Source of the DNA: a bacterium | GTDB lineage: Bacteria > AUK180 | Assembly (NCBI GenBank): GCA_023144005.1 | Contig: JAGLGN010000006.1 | Coordinates: forward strand, 148,440-212,439 | Reading direction: 5' to 3' | DNA length: 64,000 bases | Part shown: one piece after another, positions 10,467-18,291 of the stretch | Numbering within the stretch: position 1 is the stretch's first letter | Layout: each line of letters starts with the position of its first letter | Position numbers and translations under genes: made by a program | Notes under the pieces: model-generated | What the model saw: the letters and a program-made list of their open reading frames with translations, nothing else | Databases searched by the model: none | What the model was told of the DNA's origin: nothing

Positions 10467-10518
10467 TTTACATAATCCGTCATCTTGAGTGAAACGAAAG
10501 ATCCATCCCTCTCGTTTC

Positions 10519-11421
10519 CTACAATCTCTGAAATCGCTCTGTAACAATCTGAATTAATTTCTCTTTATATTCGGGATTTAACTGAGAATCATCGATCTGA
10601 TCAATAATTAATTGTTTCTTTGCCGTCATATTGTTCATTACTTTTTCAGGAATACTAAATTTATCGGAAAAGGCGGCGAAATCGGTAAGCTGAATATTAT
10701 TTTTCTTGCCATTCAATGCCAGGGCCAGATCCTCTTCGCGCGGGATCACTAATTTTGATGAAACAATATCATATGCGGGAGATAATCGTATATTATTCAT
10801 GTCTGTATAGATTACTGAATAATTCTTCAAATGCGCGTCACCGTTTCCGATTATAAAAGAAAATAGGACTCTTTCAAAGAGGTATTGAATGTCCAGGGCC
10901 GGTATTTCCGAGATCTCATTCAGCTTATTGGCTATCTGCTCCACCGATCCCGTATATTTGTCCTTTTTGGATTTTCCTAGAATCTGACAGAAATCTTCCT
11001 GATTGATCTTTCTGTTATTTTCACGGTCGAATCTCTTTACAATATAGGCATAGGAATCATCCTTCAATTTCATTAAAGCATGGGAAGGAATATCTATTCC
11101 GAGAAGTTCGGCTATTGTCATACAGAGATTTTCATTTTCAGGGATCTGATCATAAACCCGGCTTTGCGGCTTTAAAATATATTCTCCACCTTCTGTAACG
11201 GACATTAATTTCTTTGATCTTTTGTTCAATTTCATTGAAAGTTTTGGTTGAACTCCCGAAATTGACAACTTACCCGCCATCTCCTGAGCTTTAATGGTTA
11301 TTTCACTTAAAGCCAGATCAATACCGGGGATATAACTGACTCCAAAGAGTCTATTTATGCAGGATTTGTGCATTGCCTGATCTGTATTGAGTGGTTTTCC
11401 GCATACCGGACATCTGTTCAT
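10519..11421 (-). CDS. hipT: HipT-like Ser/Thr kinase toxin (HipA kinase core without the N-terminal subdomain)
   Basis: Gly-rich loop LSISGVQPKLS is HipA/HipT-like. The catalytic region has GNGDAHLKN (HipA D..H.KN motif). Preferred start is MNRCPVCGK at 11421, an ATGA overlap with the upstream stop with GAGGAG 6 nt upstream. The first residues form a CxxC...HxxC mini-motif. Confidence 0.75.
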   Translation of the reverse strand: MNRCPVCGKPLNTDQAMHKSCINRLFGVSYIPGIDLALSEITIKAQEMAGKLSISGVQPKLSMKLNKRSKKLMSVTEGGEYILKPQSRVYDQIPENENLCMTIAELLGIDIPSHALMKLKDDSYAYIVKRFDRENNRKINQEDFCQILGKSKKDKYTGSVEQIANKLNEISEIPALDIQYLFERVLFSFIIGNGDAHLKNYSVIYTDMNNIRLSPAYDIVSSKLVIPREEDLALALNGKKNNIQLTDFAAFSDKFSIPEKVMNNMTAKKQLIIDQIDDSQLNPEYKEKLIQIVTERFQRL

Positions 11422-11741
11422 AGGAGCTCCTCTACCGATATGGAGCCAATGGTTTCCCGGCATGTTGAAAGGAGTATTCCAAAATCATCATCCTTGTCTA
11501 TTTTCAATGTAGAAGACACTACTTCAAGATACCAACCCTCCGGAAGCAGTCCCTGAAAGAAGGGGAATAATTCATCGTCCTCATAAGGCGCTTTCCTTAA
11601 CGGTAATGAAATTGAGATCGGCACATTTTCTTGAATGAATTCCTTTTCATATGTGAATTTATACCCACCTTCTGTCTCTTCCAAGATACCCGCTTTTTGT
11701 TCATTTGAGTAAATCACTGCTTTTCTAAAATCACTTCTCAT
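11418..11741 (-). CDS. hipS: HipS-like protein (stand-alone HipA N-terminal subdomain)
   Basis: Matches the HipA N-terminus: ISLPL and FFQGLLPEGW (E. coli HipA SLSLPL / FFDNLLPD). Start is uncertain: ATG at 11741, or TTG at 11756 overlapping hipB. Confidence 0.65.
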   Translation of the reverse strand: MRSDFRKAVIYSNEQKAGILEETEGGYKFTYEKEFIQENVPISISLPLRKAPYEDDELFPFFQGLLPEGWYLEVVSSTLKIDKDDDFGILLSTCRETIGSISVEELL

Positions 11742-11931
11742 CTTTGATAATCTCAATATGATGTCCGAAAAACCGCAGAACCTGATTCAGCTTATCAAGC
11801 CGTATAGTTGCTTTGTTATTTTCCAGCTCTCGGATAAATCTTAGGCCTACACCGGCTCTTTCCGACAATTCAACTTGCGTTAAATCATATTTCTTTCTTA
11901 GTTCTTTAATTCTTTTACCAATATTGTTCAT
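11731..11931 (-). CDS. hipB: XRE/Cro-type HTH regulator (HipB-like antitoxin/repressor)
   Basis: 66 aa with LTQVELSERAGVGLRFIRELENNK HTH. It is the first gene of the three-gene operon. Confidence 0.7.
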   Translation of the reverse strand: MNNIGKRIKELRKKYDLTQVELSERAGVGLRFIRELENNKATIRLDKLNQVLRFFGHHIEIIKDEK

Positions 11932-11948
11932 AATTACCTTTCCGCTAC

Positions 11949-12100
11949 ATTATAATCCCTTTAGGGTATAATGTCAAGAGGATTGCTTAATTATTTATAC
12001 CTCATCGGGTATAATATGGCTGATTTATCGAATTATTAATCCCTTTCGGGTATATATTCACACATACACCCCCAGATTTGCACCCTATCGGGTATAATAT
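11949..12100 (-). promoter_or_regulatory. hipBST promoter (TTGACA-17-TATAAT on the minus strand) with four dyad operator repeats
   Basis: Minus-strand -35 at 11972-11977 and -10 at 11949-11954. Four repeats of TATACCC-N4/5-GGG(A/T)T are centred near 11961, 12005, 12055 and 12089. The first lies in the promoter spacer. Confidence 0.5.
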
Positions 12101-12410
12101 CTTGCATTAAAACATCTGTCGCTTTGGAATTAGTCCTAAAAATGTCTACTTTGTCCACCACCGGCCCCAATGTTTATGTAAACGACCGACTGTTCCAGAT
12201 AAAAATTCTCAAGCAGCTATCATCTTCGATAAAATAACATGATTCTAACATGACGCCGTATAATCGAATATTTAACCCCCTGTTCGACTTCAATTGATTT
12301 TTTTAGGTTTTTATGGTAGCCTTTAATCAGTTGTAGGATGGGAAGGTAGTAGTTGAGTAATTTTCAATATCTCCCAACCAGCGTAGATTTAGTGCTTCCT
12401 TATTGTTCTT

Positions 12411-12439
12411 TTGACAGCAGAAACAAAGTGATTTAGAAT
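12411..12439 (+). promoter_or_regulatory. Putative sigma70-type promoter for the 12468 gene
   Basis: TTGACA (12411-12416), 17-nt spacer, TAGAAT (12434-12439), about 28 nt before the ATG. Confidence 0.4.
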
Positions 12440-12467
12440 ATGATTAAATATTCCAGGGGTCCATTAT

Positions 12468-13742
12468 ATGAATATCGGTATTATTATTGGAAGGATTGGT
12501 GATGTTGATGGGGTTGCTCTAGAAACAGAAAAATGGATACAAGTTCTCAAAGGAATGGGGCATAGGATATTTATTATGTCGGGACGATATGCAAGACATA
12601 TCGTCGAACCGGAAGATGAAACACTTGTCCAGATGCTTTCTTTCTTTTCACCTGAATGTGAATGGGAACAAAAAAGAGCATTTTTTCTTCCGAGATTTGA
12701 AGATCTTGATGAGCTTCTTGATCAACTTGAATATTCCTCCAACAGAATTGCTGTTTATATTTTCAAATGGATCCTTACCAACAGGATAGACATACTGCTT
12801 TCTGAAAATGCCTCCACTCTGCCATGTCATCTTTCGATGGGAATGGGTATCAAAAAAGTTGTTAAAAATACAGGCCTCAGAATTGTGTGTCACGATCACG
12901 ATTTTCATTGGGAAAGGGGGGATAGATATAAATCACCGTTTAAAGAAATAAATGATCTTGTTAACGGTACCTTCCCGCTGCTTTCTCCAAATGCCTCCCA
13001 CGCGGTAATAAATACTTATTCAAAAAATACATTGAGGGAAAAATTTGACATCGATGCTACCCTGGTCCCCAATGTAATGGATTTCAATGAACCTTATGCC
13101 GAAATAGATGAATATAACAGGGATATGCTTGATAATATCGGACTGGGAAAGGGGGATATTCCAATTTTTCAAGCCACCAGAATAGTGAGACGAAAGGGAA
13201 TCGGAACGGCAATAGAACTTATTGAACGGATTCAGGACACTAAAGTGAAATTGATAATAACAGGGACTTATGCCGATGACGAGAGATATGGATATTACAA
13301 GGAACTAATGCAGCTTGTAAAAGATAAAAATCTTAATGGCCGTGTATTTTTTTCTCGCAACAGAATACTCAGTCATAGAACTCAGTCGCACACGGGGAAA
13401 AAAATATATTCCCTGTCAGATGCTTATGCTCATGCGATAGCCTGCACATATTTCAGCAAATATGAAGGATTTGGAAACGCATTTATCGAGGCGGTACTTG
13501 CGAAGCGCCCTGTTTTTGTAAACAATTATAAGCCTGTGTTCTGGCACGACATAGGTTCCAAGGGTTTTAAAACGGTTATGATCGAGGAAAATAATTTAAC
13601 AGATGCCGCTGTGGATGAAATCTTTAAAATAATACACAGTAAAAAATTAAGAGGGGAAATTGCCGAACATAATTACAAACTTGCTCAAAAGTACTTTTCT
13701 TATGATGTGCTGGAAGAAAAATTAGCAGAACTATTTTACTGA
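12468..13742 (+). CDS. GT-B-fold glycosyltransferase-like protein, paralogue of the N-terminal module of the 14038 gene
   Basis: 424 aa. The C-terminal half resembles a GT4-like Rossmann domain (RIVRRKGIGTAIELIE...). It shares CHDHDFHWERG with NNNHDFYWEGG in the 1390-aa protein. Confidence 0.5.
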   Translation: MNIGIIIGRIGDVDGVALETEKWIQVLKGMGHRIFIMSGRYARHIVEPEDETLVQMLSFFSPECEWEQKRAFFLPRFEDLDELLDQLEYSSNRIAVYIFKWILTNRIDILLSENASTLPCHLSMGMGIKKVVKNTGLRIVCHDHDFHWERGDRYKSPFKEINDLVNGTFPLLSPNASHAVINTYSKNTLREKFDIDATLVPNVMDFNEPYAEIDEYNRDMLDNIGLGKGDIPIFQATRIVRRKGIGTAIELIERIQDTKVKLIITGTYADDERYGYYKELMQLVKDKNLNGRVFFSRNRILSHRTQSHTGKKIYSLSDAYAHAIACTYFSKYEGFGNAFIEAVLAKRPVFVNNYKPVFWHDIGSKGFKTVMIEENNLTDAAVDEIFKIIHSKKLRGEIAEHNYKLAQKYFSYDVLEEKLAELFY

Positions 13743-13749
13743 ACAGGCT

Positions 13750-14022
13750 AGTGTACTGTTCCATAAATACCATAACAATGGCTGAAGCTATTTTGTTACG
13801 GATTCAAGGCGCGAGGAACATCGCATACCCACTGCGGTATGTAAGCGACGAGCAACGCAGAAGACAGGAAAAGAGCTTCAGCCCGAAGGGAATATCAGCT
13901 TTGGTCAATTTCTTTCTCTCTTTTCGTTTATGTACCACTAAGGGTACGCCGCACTCATCGTTCGTTGAGATTGACTCAAATCTAAGCATTCCATTGTTAT
14001 GGTATTTATGGAACCGTACACT
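13750..14022 (+). mobile_element. MITE-like non-coding element with 32-bp terminal inverted repeats, copy A
   Basis: TIRs AGTGTACTGTTCCATAAATACCATAACAATGG / CCATTGTTATGGTATTTATGGAACCGTACACT. The body is about 85% identical to copy B (43638-43910) and to the reverse-oriented copy C (62598-63042). No ORF is conserved beyond nucleotide identity. Confidence 0.6.
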
Positions 14023-14037
14023 TAGGGAGGTAAGTTT

Positions 14038-17000
14038 ATGAAAAGCGCAAAGGAAATGATGTTTTCTCTCAGGTCAGAAAAGATAGAAACATGGTTTGAT
14101 TTAGGACTCTATATAGACAGGATACGAGAAAGCAGAGATACACCGCAAACAGAAGGTTTTAATGATTTTGAGAGATTTACGGAGTTTGTTGCCGGGGGCA
14201 TTGCATTTATCACCTTCGATCTTTCAGTCGACGGTGTTTCCACTGAGATCGGGAAATATGCAAAATCCTTCAGGAAAATTATTAAAGATGTACCGGTGCA
14301 TTTTATCCTCGGTAAACTCAGCAATAGGGTAGGAAAAGATATTATAGACCCGTCCTATAAAATATTCGAGGTTCCTGAAATTGTTGGATTCAGTAAATGG
14401 AAACATTATAATGATTTTTTTCACACAGACCTTGAACGGGGGAGTGAGTCTTATAATAGTCTGATTTTGAATTTCTGGGATGAGGTTTTGAGTATAACAG
14501 AGAAATTGGGAAAGTATATTGAAGAAAATGATATAAGATTACTATTTTTAATCAATGCTTGTTCAAATCCCGGAAATGTATCCCTCGCGCTTGCAATGGT
14601 ATTTATTTCCGAGTTTATGGGTCTACCCGTCATAAACAATAATCATGACTTCTATTGGGAGGGGGGCAACAGCAGAATCGATATTGCAACTCAAAATCTA
14701 AACCCCGGACCAAGAGACCATTTTTTCCATAATTCACATATTGGGGAATTTTTTTCCCTGATTGAAGTTCTTTATACCTGGGAATCCCGTTCATGGCTGC
14801 AGATCAATATTAATAATTTTCAATCCCAACAACTTATTGAAAGGTACGGTCATAATCCAGCAAATATAACGGAGATAGGAACGGCAATAGATTTTAAATA
14901 TTATAGCGGCATAGAAAACGGAAGGATACTGGATATATATAAACAATTATTTGATATTTTTAGGAGTAAAAAGAAATATATCAATCCTCTTACTGCCAAA
15001 GAAGTAATTTCAAGAGAATTAATGTCAAAGGAAAATCCATTGCCCGTTTTCATAGGCAGGCGTAGGACCCTGTCATTAAAGGAAATAATTAATGATAATT
15101 TTATTTTTGTCCAACCGACCAGAATAGTAGCACGGAAAAAAATAGAGGTCAATTTTATTTTAATAAAGAAATTATTTGAAAACAAAGAATTTTCAAGATG
15201 CTTTGACAATAATCGACAGTTGAAATTAACTCTTTTAATAACCGGACCAATTGCGGGGGGGCATACCGAATATGCCGAAAGGCTTACTTGTTTGTTTTCC
15301 GAAATGCTGTCTAAAATGGATTCCCGTTATCGAAATAGAATATTTCTAGGATTTATTTTCAGTGAATTTGATCATCCTAATTTCAAAGGTCGATATGAAA
15401 AACCGATTTCAATACCGGAACTGTACAATATTGCATCACTTGTTCTGCTACCAAGTGAAACAGAAGGCCGTGGTCTGCCCATTATTGAGTCATCTGCCTG
15501 CGGGACACCTATTTTTGTTCGCAGGTATTACCCTGAGCATGTGTATTCCGCAGTGATTGGAGAACACCTTTCAATAGAAGAGCGTTTGAAAGTAATCGAG
15601 TTTAATAATGATAATATAGGAACGGAAATTATCGACAAGGTTGCAGATCATGTACTTCATCCCCAGGATTATATGATAGAAGCAGCTGAAAATAAACAAG
15701 TGGTCCGGAACAGATATACGCTCAACTCAATGAAAAACGATATCAGGAATGCGTTATATAAATTATTTCTTCAACTTTGTGATAATTCAGATAGCATGGG
15801 GCTTGCAATCTGGGCTTTAGAACAACATAACCATATTACCGAAAAAGATAATCTGGACTTGGAGAAAATACTGGATACCAATAATCGCCAATATTTGCCC
15901 GGATATGGGAAGATGCGGTTTATGATATTTCTCAAGTCGTTAATAGACCCAAGCTATTTCCGAGTAGAAGAACAGCGGTTCAAAGGGATGGCAATGAAAT
16001 TCGCAAGCAATCTTGTTCAATACAATCCAGACCCCACACCTCTTTCCCAGGAAAAAAAACACAAATTCTTTAACGCTGTGAATGATATATTTCTGTATAG
16101 AAAAGGTGATGTCCCCATAAGAATTGACCATTCCTTTAATTATAGACATCGAAACAAAAAGCATTATCCGTACAGGGACCTTACCTTTCAGGAGCTCACG
16201 GGGGTAATAACCATACTTTTTAATAAAATCGCATCTCCGCCCCCATATATAGAATTCAGGAATGAAGTCAGGCATTTAATTAATTTTAATCAGGCGATCC
16301 TTCAACTCACGAACAGCTCCGAACTTGCTATAGATCATAGAAAAAGATTAAAAGGAAGACTTGAAGAGAATGTCCCGGTAGCATTATTCCCCGGGAATTA
16401 TATAAATTACGAAATGGAGTTTTTTGTTCTTCAACCTATCCGTAAGCGGCTTGGGTTGATGGCGGAAGAGGAACTTACCGCTCAAATTCTTGAGTTAGCT
16501 GAAGATCTCGCTCCGATATACGTAATAAAACATAATGTCCCTATTGGACTTTCGATAACTGCCGATGCGTTAAAAAGCTATATTTCAAGTTCTGATAATT
16601 CAGAGATGAAACTTCTATTCGAATACGGGGTATGTAAAATAATTAAGAGTAATCAGGTAACGGTGGGAGTCCATTTTGAACAGCTTGGAAAGGAAGCTTT
16701 AAGAGCTTTAAGAGATGTAAAAGAGGGAAGTGGCTTTATTATCGCGAGTGGAGACCATTCCGCAATGATGACCGATCTTGTAAATATCGAAACATTTCAT
16801 ATTGGAAGAGCAACAAAAATATTAGCTTCAAAGATAATGGGGATCCCGGTTGGAAGCGGCTATCTTAATTGGGTGCCCGCCGGTCTGAGAAGTTGTCTTT
16901 CTTACCCCACTCCGGTGCAGACTTCTAGGGATTTCAGCGCGGCGCTGAAGAGCTCTGTTTTCAAAAGACTCTCTAAGAAATACGGTGAAGAGAAGATACT

Positions 17001-18210
17001 TGAAATTCTTAAGAAAGATGCCTCAACAAAGGGTTCCCCTGTAATGGATGTTTTAAACTCTCTTGTTTCGGATAAAGTATCAAATAAAGGTATTTCAACA
17101 TCTCAAATCATGGGGATTTACAAGGACGGTCTGCCTTGGGCAGGTGCGATGGCAAGGGTTGCGATAAAGGACAGCCGAAGACAATGGAATTTTAGTATTC
17201 AGGCCCGCGAGAACAATGAGACCATAACGGTACCGGAATTTTGCCGGGATTTTTATAAGAAGACCGGAAAGAAGCCTAATATTGCATGGAACGGCGGTTA
17301 TATACTGAATTCCGAGCTTGTCGGCAAACTTGGCATTTCGGCATCGTATATTGGTTCCTCACTCGGTCTAGTTATAACAGAGAAAAAGATAGTATCTCCG
17401 CCACTCTTCAATAAACCCGCATTTGGTATCTTTTCCAACGGCACATTGAAAATTGAGCGGGTAAATTGTTCTGAAGGAATTACCATTGTTGATACGAACA
17501 AGGAGATCGTTATTACAAAAGATCATTACAACATCTCCGATCCTGAAGACAAACCCTGTTTCTATGACCTTATGTATCCAGATGAATATATCAATGGCAA
17601 CGGCCATGTAATTTTCCGTTTTTCCCGAAATGTTATCAAAGAAATAATTCATACAAAAAAGGGAGAAAAAATTAAACTGTTGCCAGTGGGTCTCACCTTC
17701 TCATTTCCAAAACGATTAGTACCCGAGAGCTGGGATAGAATCGAAAAAGAGGCTATTTTCAAACTTCACTTCTGGAATGATGTTAAACACGCGCTTGAAG
17801 CCGGACCCATGCTTGTAGAGAACGGTAGGGTTTGTATAGATATGGAGTTGGAGGGATGGAAAACCACGAATTCCATTAGTACACAAGCCAGCAGACTTGA
17901 TTATCTTGATATGCGTGGCCCTAAAATAGCGGTTGGACTTGATATAGACGGAAATCTTATTGTCTTAACAGTAAATGGCAGAATAAGGGAATCGGTAGGC
18001 GCGACACATATAGATATGGCGGAAATTCTTTTATCAAAGGGAATAGTGACAGGTATGGGGTTTGACCCGGGCGGCAGCAGTACACTTGTAGTACATAATA
18101 AGATCCTGAATATTTCTCCGTATAATCATAAATATGAGAACGATATATATACCCTTCCACCGGAACCCAGAGCGGTATCAAATGTGGTGATCGGTTATTC
18201 AAGTAAGTAA
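14038..18210 (+). CDS. Large multidomain protein: GT-B glycosyltransferase-like N-terminal module + central unknown region + C-terminal phosphodiester glycosidase (NAGPA-like) domain
   Basis: 1390 aa with AGGGAGG RBS. The N-terminal 600 aa are paralogous to the 12468 gene. The C-terminus (AWNGGYILNS...LVENGRV...GATHIDMAEILLSKGIVTGMGFDPGGSSTLVV) is typical of the phosphodiester glycosidase family. Confidence 0.65.
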   Translation: MKSAKEMMFSLRSEKIETWFDLGLYIDRIRESRDTPQTEGFNDFERFTEFVAGGIAFITFDLSVDGVSTEIGKYAKSFRKIIKDVPVHFILGKLSNRVGKDIIDPSYKIFEVPEIVGFSKWKHYNDFFHTDLERGSESYNSLILNFWDEVLSITEKLGKYIEENDIRLLFLINACSNPGNVSLALAMVFISEFMGLPVINNNHDFYWEGGNSRIDIATQNLNPGPRDHFFHNSHIGEFFSLIEVLYTWESRSWLQININNFQSQQLIERYGHNPANITEIGTAIDFKYYSGIENGRILDIYKQLFDIFRSKKKYINPLTAKEVISRELMSKENPLPVFIGRRRTLSLKEIINDNFIFVQPTRIVARKKIEVNFILIKKLFENKEFSRCFDNNRQLKLTLLITGPIAGGHTEYAERLTCLFSEMLSKMDSRYRNRIFLGFIFSEFDHPNFKGRYEKPISIPELYNIASLVLLPSETEGRGLPIIESSACGTPIFVRRYYPEHVYSAVIGEHLSIEERLKVIEFNNDNIGTEIIDKVADHVLHPQDYMIEAAENKQVVRNRYTLNSMKNDIRNALYKLFLQLCDNSDSMGLAIWALEQHNHITEKDNLDLEKILDTNNRQYLPGYGKMRFMIFLKSLIDPSYFRVEEQRFKGMAMKFASNLVQYNPDPTPLSQEKKHKFFNAVNDIFLYRKGDVPIRIDHSFNYRHRNKKHYPYRDLTFQELTGVITILFNKIASPPPYIEFRNEVRHLINFNQAILQLTNSSELAIDHRKRLKGRLEENVPVALFPGNYINYEMEFFVLQPIRKRLGLMAEEELTAQILELAEDLAPIYVIKHNVPIGLSITADALKSYISSSDNSEMKLLFEYGVCKIIKSNQVTVGVHFEQLGKEALRALRDVKEGSGFIIASGDHSAMMTDLVNIETFHIGRATKILASKIMGIPVGSGYLNWVPAGLRSCLSYPTPVQTSRDFSAALKSSVFKRLSKKYGEEKILEILKKDASTKGSPVMDVLNSLVSDKVSNKGISTSQIMGIYKDGLPWAGAMARVAIKDSRRQWNFSIQARENNETITVPEFCRDFYKKTGKKPNIAWNGGYILNSELVGKLGISASYIGSSLGLVITEKKIVSPPLFNKPAFGIFSNGTLKIERVNCSEGITIVDTNKEIVITKDHYNISDPEDKPCFYDLMYPDEYINGNGHVIFRFSRNVIKEIIHTKKGEKIKLLPVGLTFSFPKRLVPESWDRIEKEAIFKLHFWNDVKHALEAGPMLVENGRVCIDMELEGWKTTNSISTQASRLDYLDMRGPKIAVGLDIDGNLIVLTVNGRIRESVGATHIDMAEILLSKGIVTGMGFDPGGSSTLVVHNKILNISPYNHKYENDIYTLPPEPRAVSNVVIGYSSK

Positions 18211-18243
18211 AAGAAAGAGGAAAGAAAGGTACCTGCTTTCAAG

Positions 18244-18271
18244 TTGAAATAATTATTACATGTGGTATAAT
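18244..18271 (+). promoter_or_regulatory. Putative promoter of the 18292 symporter gene (TTGAAA-16-TGgTATAAT, extended -10)
   Basis: -35 at 18244-18249 and -10 at 18266-18271 preceded by TGG. GAGGAGGA RBS. It has the same architecture as the promoter of the other symporter near 30842-30869. Confidence 0.45.
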
Positions 18272-18291
18272 TTCCAGAGAGGAGGATTCGA

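Noticed and set aside
10413-10470. Possibility that the C-free 9-mer arrays or heptamer repeats are CRISPR arrays
   Set aside because: The units are degenerate, contiguous with no unique spacers, only 7-9 nt long, and there are no cas genes.
10491-10518. GAAACGA-N14-TCGTTTC hairpin as a bidirectional terminator between the HAD gene and hipT
   Set aside because: There is no U-tract on either strand, and the stem abuts the hipT stop codon. Support is too weak to list as a feature.
13751-14041. ORFs translated through the TIR elements (13751-14041, 13804-13989, 43500-43946, 43666-43899, 62594-62890). Their peptides look conserved between copies.
   Set aside because: The conservation is explained by about 85% nucleotide identity of a repeat. 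Orientation and frame are not preserved consistently, there are no RBSs, and copy C carries the frame on the opposite strand.
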